The notes under the pieces are model-generated. The model had not been told where the DNA came from and did not search any database. It was given only the letters and a program-made list of their open reading frames with translations. From an uncultured Chlorobiota bacterium (lineage in GTDB: Bacteria > Bacteroidota > Ignavibacteria > UBA10030 > UBA6906), in NCBI GenBank assembly GCA_900696645.1, contig CAADGV010000043.1:66848-130847 (forward strand): DNA of 64,000 bases, read 5' to 3'. The position numbers and the translations under genes were made by a program. Below, in pieces: positions 47,891 through 58,167 of this stretch (position 1 is its first letter; every line of letters starts with the position of its first letter).

Positions 47891-49783
47891 TCAGCCGTGA
47901 TGTGTTGTGGAGTGAGTGTGATCAAGCGGAAGCAGGAATGAAAACATGCTGCCTTTCCCGGCTTCACTTCGTACCCAAATCTTGCCACTGTACGCCTCGA
48001 CAATCTCTTTTGCAATTGCCAGTCCCAACCCCACGCTTCCGGGCGTTGAAGCAGAGGCGCTTTTTACCTGCACAAACTTGTCAAAGATCGTGTCGATGTG
48101 TTCGCTCGCAATCCCGACACCCGTATCCTGTACTTCGAACAGCATCCCGCGCGGTTCTTCACGCACGCGTACGGTAACGCAGCCCCCCGCATTCGTGTAC
48201 TTCAGGGCATTGGTGACAAGGTTCGTGATCACCCACGACAGTTGCTGCTCGTCTGCAACAAGCCGTCGTAGCTCCGCCGGAATCTCGGTCACCAGCCGGA
48301 CATTCTTTTCCTGAAATTGAATATGAAGCGGCTTGATGGTTGACTCAATCAATGACCGAACATTGAGTTCTTCATTCTTGAATTGGAGTCTGCCCGACTC
48401 AAGTTTCGACAATTGCAGCAATTCCCGCGCAAGTTTGGTCAATCGCTGGCTGTCTTCTTTCGTGGAGAGAATCAGTTCCTTTTGGCGATCGTTCAACGGA
48501 CCGAGCAGTTCCTGATTCAGAAGATCGACACTCATATTAATCGACGTTAGCGGTGTGCGGAACTCATGCGAGAGTGTTGCAATGAAATCCGATTTCATGC
48601 GATCCAGTTCCTTGAACTGCGTTACATCCTGCAGAACCGTCAGCGTGCCGTACAAATGTCCTTCGTTGTCAAAGATATTCGTCACTTTGGGGCGGAAGTA
48701 GAGATGCTTCTCCGACCGCTCGAATTGCAAATAATTGACCTGAGTGCCGCTGCCTTCACCGTCCGATTCCCCGTCATCCCTCGCTGATTGCGACGCTGAG
48801 CGAATGAGCGACATGATGCGTTCATCGCGTATTACCGAGCCAACAGGTTTGCCGATTGCATCAACATCAAGATATCCGAACAACTCCGCCACAACATTGT
48901 TGATGTGAATGATGTTCATGTCCGCGTCGGTGACAATGATGCCGTCGGAGATGCTGTCGACAATCGCTTCCGACTTGCGCTTCTCGGAAATGATCTTGTC
49001 GATATTCATTTGTTCGTACCGGCGCAGGCGTTCGGTCATCTTGTTGAATTCACGGCTCAACGAGCCGATTTCATCGTCTGACAGGACATCAATTTTCAGA
49101 TCAAGATGCCCGGCCCCAATTTCCCTGACACGTTGTGTAAGGGCTTCCGCCGGTTTCACCAGCACGGTCGTAAGCCAAATTGTTCCCGCAATTCCCAACG
49201 CAAGTGTGACAATCGAGGCAATCATCATTCCGTACGCCGATTGGTTTGCGATGGAATGTGTCTTGCTTTCAAGATTGTACATTCCTGTCTGGTTGTATTC
49301 GAACAACTGGAAACACAGTGAACGCAACTCTTCGGAAACCGGGCGGACACTCTCGTAGTAGTAATTCTTTGCCTGTGTGAACGCCCCCTGCATAATCATC
49401 CCGCGCATCGAGTCGGTGACGGAAATGTACGCGTTGCGGGCATTATGCAACGAATCGCGAAGCGAGCCGAGCTGGCCTTCCGGCATTCTCCGCAGCGCCT
49501 GCTCATACCAATAGAAGAACATCTCCTTATTTTCGGCGAACGTTCCGCTGACAGTTGCATCTTCGCCCTGACTTGCAACGAGCAACGCGTTATCCTGCCC
49601 TTCCAGTGATTTCACCATACTTTCCGCTGCCAGAACGCTGAGGTAATTCTCCCTCAGAATAGTCGCTACCGTGGTTCCGAGCGCGTAGAAGTTGTACACA
49701 GACCAGAAGCCCGCGGCAAGGCTCAGCGTTACCAGCAACGCAAACGTCCAGATAATCTTCGTGCGTATGGTTCTCACCATCAT
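47891..49783 (-). CDS. Sensor histidine kinase (periplasmic sensor - HAMP - PAS - HisKA - HATPase)
   Basis: Two TM segments flank a 150-aa periplasmic domain; HAMP; PAS (IVTDADMNIIHINN); H-box ATLSHEFRTPL; N/G boxes TNALKY, DTGVGI, GSVGLGLAIAKEI. Confidence 0.9.
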   Translation of the reverse strand: MMVRTIRTKIIWTFALLVTLSLAAGFWSVYNFYALGTTVATILRENYLSVLAAESMVKSLEGQDNALLVASQGEDATVSGTFAENKEMFFYWYEQALRRMPEGQLGSLRDSLHNARNAYISVTDSMRGMIMQGAFTQAKNYYYESVRPVSEELRSLCFQLFEYNQTGMYNLESKTHSIANQSAYGMMIASIVTLALGIAGTIWLTTVLVKPAEALTQRVREIGAGHLDLKIDVLSDDEIGSLSREFNKMTERLRRYEQMNIDKIISEKRKSEAIVDSISDGIIVTDADMNIIHINNVVAELFGYLDVDAIGKPVGSVIRDERIMSLIRSASQSARDDGESDGEGSGTQVNYLQFERSEKHLYFRPKVTNIFDNEGHLYGTLTVLQDVTQFKELDRMKSDFIATLSHEFRTPLTSINMSVDLLNQELLGPLNDRQKELILSTKEDSQRLTKLARELLQLSKLESGRLQFKNEELNVRSLIESTIKPLHIQFQEKNVRLVTEIPAELRRLVADEQQLSWVITNLVTNALKYTNAGGCVTVRVREEPRGMLFEVQDTGVGIASEHIDTIFDKFVQVKSASASTPGSVGLGLAIAKEIVEAYSGKIWVRSEAGKGSMFSFLLPLDHTHSTTHHG

Positions 49784-49974
49784 TTCAGTTGTCTCTCAAA
49801 AATGCAGCCTATAGAAATGTAGCGGAGTAGGCGGGGAAAAACAAGTCCAGAAGATGTGAACCTACATGAAGCAGATGCAAGTGTTGAATCGGGGGAATGG
49901 AGGAGGCCTCATTCGTCCGTGTTTCGCGATACGAGCGCCGCTGCACGTCAGTTACGAACTGCAATTACAACGTC

Positions 49975-50661
49975 CTAGAATTGTTCCTCATCGTGGAACA
50001 AAACCACCGAACGGACGCCGCTTACGGATTTCAGTTCGCGCAGCAATTCCGCGGCACCCGCGTCGTTTTTCGGTTTGACGTAATATGAAACCTCCAATTC
50101 CCCGTTTTCTCCTACCGATCTCACATTCATCAGGGAGTTTTGCCGCGAGTATGCAAGCAACGCTGCCAGATAGGGTGGCTCCTTGCCGTTCAGATCGCCG
50201 TGCAACGGCTGATATGTAAACTGTACGATGAATTGTTTTCGGGGAGATGAGAGGATGTTGAAATTCACGAGCAGGTAATAGCCTGTGCCGAGAATGATCG
50301 TCCCCGCAAAGGCGGCGGCGGATAATCCCACGCCTGCCGTCATTCCGATGGCGAGGGCGAGAAAAATATGCACGATATCCATCACTTCTTTGACCGCCGT
50401 CCGGAAACGGATAATCGACATTGCGCCGACAAGCCCGAATGCGCGGGCAAGACTGTCGCCGATCACCATAATCACAACGGCAGTAATCATCGCGAGAAGA
50501 ACCAGCGAGTTGAGAAAGCTCGCCGAATACCCGGGCCCGCGATACGCCGCGCGGTAAAACGCGATGTGAATAAGCCCGCACAAGCTTGCCACAATCACGT
50601 TTGCAACGAAGTCGCCAAGCGTAAGCGGTGAAACTGTAAGACCTTCGAAATATTGCAGCAT
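49975..50661 (-). CDS. DUF4956-family membrane protein
   Basis: 3-4 N-terminal TM helices, then a soluble C-terminal domain; start at MLQYFEG (cat at 50659-50661) overlaps the VTC stop by 1 nt. Confidence 0.6.
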   Translation of the reverse strand: MLQYFEGLTVSPLTLGDFVANVIVASLCGLIHIAFYRAAYRGPGYSASFLNSLVLLAMITAVVIMVIGDSLARAFGLVGAMSIIRFRTAVKEVMDIVHIFLALAIGMTAGVGLSAAAFAGTIILGTGYYLLVNFNILSSPRKQFIVQFTYQPLHGDLNGKEPPYLAALLAYSRQNSLMNVRSVGENGELEVSYYVKPKNDAGAAELLRELKSVSGVRSVVLFHDEEQF

Positions 50662-51437
50662 CAGGCAGCCACCTCCGTTCGTCCGCACGCAAGCCCGACA
50701 AGGTCGGCGCATCCCAACTTTCCGGCAACCCCGGACGCTGTAACACACGAGCCATACTTCGACACACTCACGCGTGTCAAACCGTGCTTTTTGACAATTG
50801 CCCGAAGCCACGGAGCAAACCCGCCACCGAACTTTATCTCCATGATGAATGATGAGGCCGCAAGATGCGTCAATCCGTTTTCATTGTAGAGGTCGTTCAG
50901 CGAAGGCACACCCTGAAACCGTAAATGCTTGTCAAACGTGATTCGCAGATTCGGATCAAATTGTCCCTGAAACGCCTCCCTCTCATATGTTACGAGAACC
51001 ACCGGCCTCATTGCCGACCGGATGTAATGAAAAAGAAATCGCCGGGCGTTGTCGAGAGCAAGCGTGCGATTGGGACCGACGAGAATGTACTCTTCGGGAT
51101 TTCGCGTATGGAGAAATGCCGGCAGGTCGGTTGCGGACAATGCAGAGCGGCACTTCATACCCCTCCGCTCGATTTTGGTTTTGATTTCGAGAAATGCCCT
51201 TGCCCCTTCAGCGGCAGCGTCATAGGAACGGATGCGGAGCTTCTTCCGATTTTTTATCCCTTCCAATTTCTCGCGGTACGCGGCAAGTCGGGACGTATCG
51301 AAATAAATGCTTCTGACGGTGTATTGATGATCCTTGCGGCGCATCGTATAAACGTCGAGCGTGGTGTACGGCATAACGTCCTGACGCAGGGCATCAAGCC
51401 GTTCCATCGGAACGACGTACTTGTATTCAAATCGCAT
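50661..51437 (-). CDS. VTC-domain (CYTH-like triphosphate tunnel; polyphosphate-polymerase-domain) protein
   Basis: N-terminal MRFEYKYVVP (ExExK CYTH signature); basic tunnel residues; about 258 aa. Confidence 0.65.
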   Translation of the reverse strand: MRFEYKYVVPMERLDALRQDVMPYTTLDVYTMRRKDHQYTVRSIYFDTSRLAAYREKLEGIKNRKKLRIRSYDAAAEGARAFLEIKTKIERRGMKCRSALSATDLPAFLHTRNPEEYILVGPNRTLALDNARRFLFHYIRSAMRPVVLVTYEREAFQGQFDPNLRITFDKHLRFQGVPSLNDLYNENGLTHLAASSFIMEIKFGGGFAPWLRAIVKKHGLTRVSVSKYGSCVTASGVAGKLGCADLVGLACGRTEVAA

Positions 51438-51469
51438 GTCTGACCCTTGTTACGTATGCGAAACGCCTG

Positions 51470-52552
51470 TTATCTCACAAGCGATTGGAGTTTTCGTTTG
51501 ACGAATTCGAACGGCGAAAGCGATTCACATTCAATCGTGCAGCGCGCAAGCAATCCGTTCAACACTTCCTCCGGCATGTCGACGAGTTGCGCCGTTGCAA
51601 GCACAACCTGCTGCCCGTTCAGCGAATGGATTGTCTTGTCGACTTTGCTCACCGCCGCCCGCGGAATATTGCCGACCTCGCTCGCGTACAATCGTACCTG
51701 TTGCTCCGGCAGAACGCTGGTCCGCTCATGCACAGAAACCGGCATCACCACAACGTAGCCCGTTGTGTCGGAAACAACCAGCAGTGTGTCTCCTTTGCCG
51801 ACTTGTGTGACAATACCCGAGATCGGAGCGATGAGCCTGTATTCTTTTTCCTGCCGCTCCAACACGTGGATTTCGCTTTGCAGGGATTTGATCTGCGCCC
51901 GGACGAAATCGGCCTGCTCTTTTTTTGCTCCGGTTGTAGCGCTTCGAAGTCTTGCCTCTGCAATTGATACCGCAATTGCCGACGTTGCCGCCTGGCGTTG
52001 GGCAAATTCATACTCCTGTTCCGACACTAACCCCCTGTCAAATAAGAGTTTCTGGCGGGCAAGGACAGAGTTGTACTCCTCTGCCTGGCGCTTTGCATGT
52101 TCGACCGACTGGACGGCTTCTTCTACGATAGATTGCTTCTCTCCTGTCACCGCAACCGCAAGTGCGGCGGTGGCGTTTTGCAGTTCTCCCCTCAATCGTT
52201 CAAGCTCGCGTGCAACTTCGCTGGAACGCGCAATGCCGACAGTATCTCCGGCTATAATGGTAGATCCGCCGGCAATTTTTGCATCAATCGAAAAACTCAT
52301 CGCGTCGCCGCGACTGAATTGTGCGAGCGAGTAGTGTCTCGTAATTCCGCTTGCCCGGTCTGCAATGAAGGTCACTATTCCGCCATCCCTGTTCAGGGCA
52401 ACGATCCATTCACTTGTGCAGAGAATCTTTCCCGTTGTCGTGATGGTGTACGGAACAGAGATCGGCAAAACAAACACGAGCGGAACCAGCACAGCGGCAG
52501 CCACTCCGAATGCCCATTTGCGGCGATGCGTATCAAATTCCAATCCCCTCAT
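51470..52552 (-). CDS. HlyD-like membrane-fusion / periplasmic adaptor protein
   Basis: N-terminal TM; two lipoyl/beta-barrel halves flanking a long Ala/Glu/Gln-rich coiled coil; no cognate ABC/RND pump in the window; 4-nt overlap with the CotH gene. Confidence 0.5.
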   Translation of the reverse strand: MRGLEFDTHRRKWAFGVAAAVLVPLVFVLPISVPYTITTTGKILCTSEWIVALNRDGGIVTFIADRASGITRHYSLAQFSRGDAMSFSIDAKIAGGSTIIAGDTVGIARSSEVARELERLRGELQNATAALAVAVTGEKQSIVEEAVQSVEHAKRQAEEYNSVLARQKLLFDRGLVSEQEYEFAQRQAATSAIAVSIAEARLRSATTGAKKEQADFVRAQIKSLQSEIHVLERQEKEYRLIAPISGIVTQVGKGDTLLVVSDTTGYVVVMPVSVHERTSVLPEQQVRLYASEVGNIPRAAVSKVDKTIHSLNGQQVVLATAQLVDMPEEVLNGLLARCTIECESLSPFEFVKRKLQSLVR

Positions 52553-55398
52553 TTCATCAGTACCATGCGACGTGTTTGCGTAAAGCCGTCGGCAGAAATT
52601 CTATACAAATAGATTCCGCTGGAGAGGGGCGATGCGTCGAATGTGACGGTGTGAGTTCCGGCATTCCGCTGTCCGTCAACAAGCGTGGCAACCCGCTGGC
52701 CAATAAGATTGTACACATCCAGCTTGACGTTGCTTTCCTTCGGCAACCCGAACGAAATCGTGGTGGATGGATTGAACGGATTAGGATAATTCTGCGCCAG
52801 CGAGAAAGTCGTCGGTATGCTTGATGTGTGTTTCACGTTCGTCACAAGGGAAACATCCGTTCCCGTCAATACAATCTCGGTAGTCCCGCCGGAGGGGTTC
52901 ACCGTATTCGCGCCGCTCGGCCACACGCCATCGGCGTCCGTTGCCGTTGCCAGGATTGCTCCCGTCGCACGCGAGCGCCGCTCAAACCGGCGGATGCCGT
53001 TCGGCAGCGTGTTCGGAACAACCATGCCGAATGCCCCGTTGAGGCCGTCCACGTTTCCGGCGTAGAATGCAGCGTAATTGTTAGCAAGTGTGTTTGCCGT
53101 TCCATCATGCTCGATGAATGTTCCTGAAACCGGCCTTCCGCTTCCGGCAGTGTTGTCGTAGGCAAAGACAAAATCCTTTGCAGCGGCAGAAGACGATCCC
53201 CGAAGTCCGGTACCCGAAGTATCGGCCGGCGCCGAGTCGAGTCTCAGTACACGGACAGAATCGGGCGTGGTCAGGCGAACGGCAACCGATGTGCCTGTGC
53301 CTCCATCGTTCAGCGCGATTCTCATAAACACATGGTTCCCCGGTGCAAACCGCGCATTTCCTGTCGGCTCTGAGACGAACCAGCCTTCGAACATTCCGGT
53401 TGCATCACTCGTGAAGGTTCCGTATGCACCCTCCACCGAAAGACTCGGCCCGGTTGTTCTTGTAAAATCGCCCGATGCCGGAACGAAGATACAGTTCCCC
53501 GCACCGCTTGTCGTAGCCCCGTCTGCGGAAGTCACCATCTGATTGAAGTATCGGTACGTCGCGTTCTGCAGAAGTCCGGAAATTCTTACTCTGTAAGCAA
53601 ACGGAATGCGGTTTGAATTCGTCCCATTATTTCCCTGAATCACTTGCGGCACAATGAGTGTTATCAGAACGGGATCAATAATAATCGAGTTGCCGTTATC
53701 GGTGCCGAATGTCGGCCGCGCCTGCACGAACGGGCCCGTGCCGTTCGGAATGCGCGCCATCGAGCGGTTGCCCACCTGCGGACCGAACGTGACGGAATCG
53801 AGAATGCTCACGTTGACGTTCGAAAAGATGATCTGCTCACCGCTTGCCGACAACGCAAAATTGGCATGAAGTCCAACCTGTCCGCTGTCGTTATCAGCCC
53901 AGACAATCAGGTAGCCGTTCGGCGCAATGATCGTGTTAGCAGGAAATTGCCACTTCGTCGGCAATGTCGGGTCGTCCGAAAGATACATGCCGCCGAGATT
54001 CAGCGGATTTGATGTTGTATTGTAGAACTCTATCCAATCGTCAAACTGGCCAGCAGGATCGGGAATCGAATCGTTCTGCGCCATGAATTCGTTGATCACC
54101 ACATCACCCGGATTCACCGCAAGCAAGCAGGAGACGCCAAGCGTCGTCAGTTGCGACTGTACGCTCGCTTGCCTGAGATTGATGAATGATTTCAGTCCCG
54201 GTTTGCGCGTCCCGCCCCCGCCGCTGGCGTTGATGTCGCTTACCAGATTGGTTTCAAACTGCGTGTTCGTGTACATCTTCCGCGGATCGGCATACACGTG
54301 CGGTCGGATAGCGCTCGCGACCGAGTCGATCAGAGGAAAAAGTCTTGCCGACGAGAAATAATTCGTAAACAACAGGCATAGCTGCTGCAAATACTCGGCG
54401 CGCAGTGTTGGCGTATTCAAAAACTTGCCGATAAGGGGACGGTTGGTTGTGCTGCTCACATAGGTAATGCTCATGCTCTCAAGATTCGACACGCCGCCCG
54501 TGTATGAACCGAAGCTGAGCCCCAAATCCCAGGGAATCCACTCCATTTTTCCTGTTGTAGGATGAAAATAGAAGTAGAAATTCCTTCCGCTGTTCAGATA
54601 CGCATCGAGGTTTGCAAACAGATTATCGACTGCAACTGCTCTGTACAGCGCGTTCAGATTCACGACGTTCGGCAATGCCGTTGCCATGTTGGCGTTGTTG
54701 TTGAGTGTATCGAGCAGCCTGACGAGATTCGTCCACGCGGTTGTCGATTCTTCCGTTTTCATTTCATAGCGCGAGTAGTACAGGCTTGGAGTCGACCCGT
54801 ACCAGCGGAAATCAGAAATAACCCCCGAGCCGAACGCGTCAACGGCCTTGAAGAGATCGCCCCCGTCGTTTGCATAACGTGAATTCAGAAACCGCTTGTC
54901 AACATGCTCGACCATGGCGTAGAATCCCCACAACGTGTCGTTGAAGAACACCCGCGCATAGTTTACTCGCGGCGCCGGAACGCCCGCATCTCTGCAGAAA
55001 TCCGAGTGCATCTTCTCGCGCATGAACGTGGGATCGCCCCAGCAATTGTTCAGGTGAATCCCCTTCACGCCGTCCCAACGGGTATTACTTCTGAACTCAT
55101 CGAGGCTCAGCCGGATCGATTTTTTGTTGTTGGGATGACTGTAGGAGGAATTTCCCTTGAGCCTGACGCCGATACTATCGTATTCGACACCGTTGATCAC
55201 GGCGTTTGCGGCAATGTACTGCTCGTTTCCTTGATTATAATAGATCGTGAGAGAATCCCAGTAGCGTTGCTGCGGAAACCGGAGGTTGATGGTGTGAATC
55301 TGCGTGCCCGCAAAAATACTGTCGCCCGGATTTTGCGCATTAGCTGCAATGGGCACTCCTGCAAGCAGAATGCCAAGAAGCAGGCTGTAACGTTTCAT
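52549..55398 (-). CDS. CotH-family (atypical kinase-like) protein with lamin-tail domain and T9SS C-terminal sorting domain
   Basis: Signal peptide; CotH core (IRLSLDEF...[59 protein letters not shown]); lamin-tail domain VINEFMAQN...[23 protein letters not shown]...NGYLIVWAD; C-terminal [19 protein letters not shown]... Confidence 0.75.
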   Translation of the reverse strand: MKRYSLLLGILLAGVPIAANAQNPGDSIFAGTQIHTINLRFPQQRYWDSLTIYYNQGNEQYIAANAVINGVEYDSIGVRLKGNSSYSHPNNKKSIRLSLDEFRSNTRWDGVKGIHLNNCWGDPTFMREKMHSDFCRDAGVPAPRVNYARVFFNDTLWGFYAMVEHVDKRFLNSRYANDGGDLFKAVDAFGSGVISDFRWYGSTPSLYYSRYEMKTEESTTAWTNLVRLLDTLNNNANMATALPNVVNLNALYRAVAVDNLFANLDAYLNSGRNFYFYFHPTTGKMEWIPWDLGLSFGSYTGGVSNLESMSITYVSSTTNRPLIGKFLNTPTLRAEYLQQLCLLFTNYFSSARLFPLIDSVASAIRPHVYADPRKMYTNTQFETNLVSDINASGGGGTRKPGLKSFINLRQASVQSQLTTLGVSCLLAVNPGDVVINEFMAQNDSIPDPAGQFDDWIEFYNTTSNPLNLGGMYLSDDPTLPTKWQFPANTIIAPNGYLIVWADNDSGQVGLHANFALSASGEQIIFSNVNVSILDSVTFGPQVGNRSMARIPNGTGPFVQARPTFGTDNGNSIIIDPVLITLIVPQVIQGNNGTNSNRIPFAYRVRISGLLQNATYRYFNQMVTSADGATTSGAGNCIFVPASGDFTRTTGPSLSVEGAYGTFTSDATGMFEGWFVSEPTGNARFAPGNHVFMRIALNDGGTGTSVAVRLTTPDSVRVLRLDSAPADTSGTGLRGSSSAAAKDFVFAYDNTAGSGRPVSGTFIEHDGTANTLANNYAAFYAGNVDGLNGAFGMVVPNTLPNGIRRFERRSRATGAILATATDADGVWPSGANTVNPSGGTTEIVLTGTDVSLVTNVKHTSSIPTTFSLAQNYPNPFNPSTTISFGLPKESNVKLDVYNLIGQRVATLVDGQRNAGTHTVTFDASPLSSGIYLYRISADGFTQTRRMVLMK

Positions 55399-55422
55399 AT
55401 CTGACCCTATGTGGATGGTAGG

Positions 55423-55800
55423 TTACTCGTTGCGTCGCCGCGGTCGATCCTCGAACCTGTTGCGGCGCTCTTTCTGAAATTCTTCGAACTTCTTCCTCTG
55501 TTCCTTCGTCAACAGGCCGGTGATCTTCTCGTCGGCTTCACGGTTCTTCTTCATTATCGTTTCACGAAAGGCGCCGCGATTGCCGCCGGAGGATTCGAAC
55601 ATTTCTTCCATCTCTTGCCGGAGTTGTTCATAGATTTTCCTGACTTGGGCTGTTTGCTTCTCGTTCAGGTTCAGTTCCTTTTTCAACTCGGCGGTACGCT
55701 CGTCGGGCGACATGCGTCTCGGTTGGGCTGAACTGCCGCTGCATAACAACACGAAGCAGGCCGGCATGAGGAGTATCAAGGCAGTTGATCGAAGTTTCAT
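55423..55800 (-). CDS. Periplasmic Spy/CpxP-like (LTxxQ-motif) protein
   Basis: Signal peptide; LNLNEKQTAQVRKI and LTKEQRKKFEEF LTxxQ-like motifs; helical, highly charged. Confidence 0.55.
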   Translation of the reverse strand: MKLRSTALILLMPACFVLLCSGSSAQPRRMSPDERTAELKKELNLNEKQTAQVRKIYEQLRQEMEEMFESSGGNRGAFRETIMKKNREADEKITGLLTKEQRKKFEEFQKERRNRFEDRPRRRNE

Positions 55801-55979
55801 ATCGCATCTCTTTCGTGATTGATGGGCTTCTGTTTCCGAGGCATGACAAAATGAATCCCCCACTAATTCATGCTATAATTGCTCGAAAAGCAATATCCAA
55901 GCTGATGTTCTTGCCACACACAGTAAGTTGACCGACACTTTGAACCGGAATCCCCTGCGAAGGTTTAACGTATAGCTTT

Positions 55980-56825
55980 TCAGCGCCGTTCGGGGGCGAA
56001 GGCCGGACGCCATTCCAATCCGCTCGCCGTTTCCATCAGTTGCGTCAGGCGTGAGATGAATCGTGCCATCGGCGCCCCGTCCACCACGTCATGATCCATC
56101 AGGATTGTTAGATTCAGTATCTCCCGTATCTTGACTTCATTCTGAACCACCCAGGGCTTTTTCAGCACAGAGCCGACGCCAACGCTCAAGTTGTGGTAGG
56201 ATTTGTGAATGAACCAGCCGGGAAGGCCGCGTTTATTGCCGATGGAAGTAAGAATGACTGTACCCATCAGCTTCTTTCGCAGCAGCGGACGGGAGAGAAT
56301 GTGCTTCATCACAAGCCGGCGAATTACTGCGGGAAGCAGGTAGTACAACTTCATCTGCAATGCACTGCTCCCTTCGGCAAGAACGTAATCTCCCTCGTTG
56401 CGGATATCTTGGCTCTTGGCGGCTTCGATCTCGCGATGGATTTCAGCCATCGCCTTTTTGTCGGCGCGTTTGATAACGACGGGAAGCGGTACAGGCTTTC
56501 CATCAACTTCTTTCTCCACGATGACGGCAATATCAATGTCGTCAAAGACGATAAGTTTCCGTTTGTTGCGATGCAGAAGGGCGTGAACCTCCTTGTGCTC
56601 ACTGATTGCGGTAGCTATCGTCTTGATGAGCCACGAAGTGAACGAAACCGCAACCCCGGATTCCCGCCTCAACGTACGAAGCCGGCTTCGCGCATCGGTC
56701 ACATCAATTTCCAGCAAACCGGCGATGTGATGTTTCGTTCGGGCAATTCGTCCGAGATCAATCGTTCCTATGCGGGACTTCGGGAAGTCAACGACGGAGT
56801 AGGGATGCTCGTTCGCGTGTTTCAT
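55980..56825 (-). CDS. Stand-alone 2-oxoacid-dehydrogenase E2-type acyltransferase catalytic domain protein
   Basis: C-terminal ILMDHDVVDGAPMARF matches the E2 catalytic DHR..DG motif; no lipoyl or E3-binding domains. Confidence 0.55.
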   Translation of the reverse strand: MKHANEHPYSVVDFPKSRIGTIDLGRIARTKHHIAGLLEIDVTDARSRLRTLRRESGVAVSFTSWLIKTIATAISEHKEVHALLHRNKRKLIVFDDIDIAVIVEKEVDGKPVPLPVVIKRADKKAMAEIHREIEAAKSQDIRNEGDYVLAEGSSALQMKLYYLLPAVIRRLVMKHILSRPLLRKKLMGTVILTSIGNKRGLPGWFIHKSYHNLSVGVGSVLKKPWVVQNEVKIREILNLTILMDHDVVDGAPMARFISRLTQLMETASGLEWRPAFAPERR

Positions 56826-56925
56826 TGTCCATTTTCTGTTGACGTTCTTATCTGCCGAAGCCCGGCTCTTTCAGCCTGAATCCCAGAATGTCCGAGTAGA
56901 ACCAGAGGGATTCTGTTTCTCGATT

Positions 56926-56953
56926 TGAGGATGAGGATGAGGATGAGGATGAG
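56926..56953. repeat. Hexanucleotide repeat (GAGGAT) about 4.7 copies
   Basis: Seen directly in the divergent intergenic region between the E2-like gene and higB. Confidence 0.9.
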
Positions 56954-57068
56954 GTGCATGGGAATCTTCTATATGGTAGCAAATTTCAGCCTATGCAATA
57001 GAGGACGCTAAACTCATTTTGGTTTAGTGATGAAATCGTAGAGTTATAGAAGCGCAGATGAAGAGCTT

Positions 57069-57156
57069 TAACCGCAGAGAACGCTGAGATCGCAGAGAAA
57101 GAAACCTTTAATGTGTTCTCCATTTCAAGGTATTTCCTCCGCGTTCTCTGCGGTTA
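57069..57156. repeat. Perfect 16-bp inverted repeat TAACCGCAGAGAACGC ... GCGTTCTCTGCGGTTA with a 56-nt spacer (extra CGCAGAGA copy in the spacer), followed by TTTTT
   Basis: Seen directly; about 190 bp upstream of higB. Confidence 0.85.
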
Positions 57157-57348
57157 GATTTTTCTGCCGAGTTTTCATCCGCGTCTCTAGCGCCTCCATA
57201 GGCATGCCCAAATCCCCCACCTGCGCCTCGTCAAGGTAGCGCGAATCAGCGGGAAAATCAATGGTAGATCGGAGGTCAGAGGACAGAAGTCGGATGTCGG
57301 AGATCAAACGCTTGACTCAATGTCAGATATGACATATATTGACTCTCA

Positions 57349-57687
57349 ATGAAGGACACTGACAAGCCGCTCATTTGGCTGCATGGCGAGGTTAAGACGC
57401 CGCCATTTTCCGGAGCGGGAAGGATTGAAGCAGGATACCTGTTGCGCCGATTACAGACGGGCGAAAAGCTGGCCTTGCCTCATTCGCGACCGATGCCTTC
57501 GATCGGTTCACGGTGTCACGAGCTTCGCATCAACGACGAAAATAGAACCTGGCGTATTGTGTACCGCCTCGAGGAGGATGCCATCCTCATTCTGGATGTA
57601 TTCGAAAAGAAAGTGCAGAGAACACCCAAGAAAGTCATAGAAAATTGCAAACGCCGAATCAGACTTTATGATTTAGAAGTAGGATGA
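57349..57687 (+). CDS. higB: Type II toxin, HigB-like (RelE/ParE superfamily, Gp49-like)
   Basis: 112 aa; toxin gene comes first with a 4-nt overlap to an XRE antitoxin, the HigBA order; ...ELRINDENRTWRIVYRL...ILILDVFEKK. Confidence 0.7.
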   Translation: MKDTDKPLIWLHGEVKTPPFSGAGRIEAGYLLRRLQTGEKLALPHSRPMPSIGSRCHELRINDENRTWRIVYRLEEDAILILDVFEKKVQRTPKKVIENCKRRIRLYDLEVG

Positions 57688-57998
57688 CCATGAATACTAC
57701 AAAACGAAAACGCCTTGAAGCTAAAGGATGGAAAGTCGGCAGTACTGCTGACTTCCTCGATCTCTCACCCGAAGAAGCCGCCTACGTGGAAGTAAAACTC
57801 GCCTTGAGCAAGCGCCTTCAGGCGGCGCGACGGGGAAAGAACCTTTCGCAGGAACAGTTGGCCCAACTTTTGAAATCCAGCCAATCCCGCGTGGCAAAGA
57901 TGGAGGCGGGAGACCCGACGGTGTCACTTGACCTTCTCGTTCGCTCACTCTTTGCCCTTGGTACATCCCGGAAAACCCTCGCACGGATATTGGGATAA
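57684..57998 (+). CDS. higA: HigA-like XRE-family HTH antitoxin
   Basis: LSQEQLAQLLKSSQSRVAKMEAG helix-turn-helix. Confidence 0.7.
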   Translation: MTMNTTKRKRLEAKGWKVGSTADFLDLSPEEAAYVEVKLALSKRLQAARRGKNLSQEQLAQLLKSSQSRVAKMEAGDPTVSLDLLVRSLFALGTSRKTLARILG

Positions 57999-58167
57999 GC
58001 TTCCCGAAGTCCATCCATTTCACAAGAAAGCCCCGCCCCGCAACTTGCGCCATCGGGACGGGGCATTTGTTACACACTATCCCGTTTATCCTTGCCCGCC
58101 TCTGGCGGGCCGTAAATCCTGTCTGAATCTTCTCGACAGGATTAACAGGATGTAACAGGATTGAATG

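Noticed and set aside
49988-50767. 259-aa Arg/Cys-rich minus-strand ORF
   Set aside because: Alternative frame of the DUF4956 gene region. Its composition is typical of an out-of-frame GC-rich artefact, whereas the DUF4956 frame gives clean TM helices.
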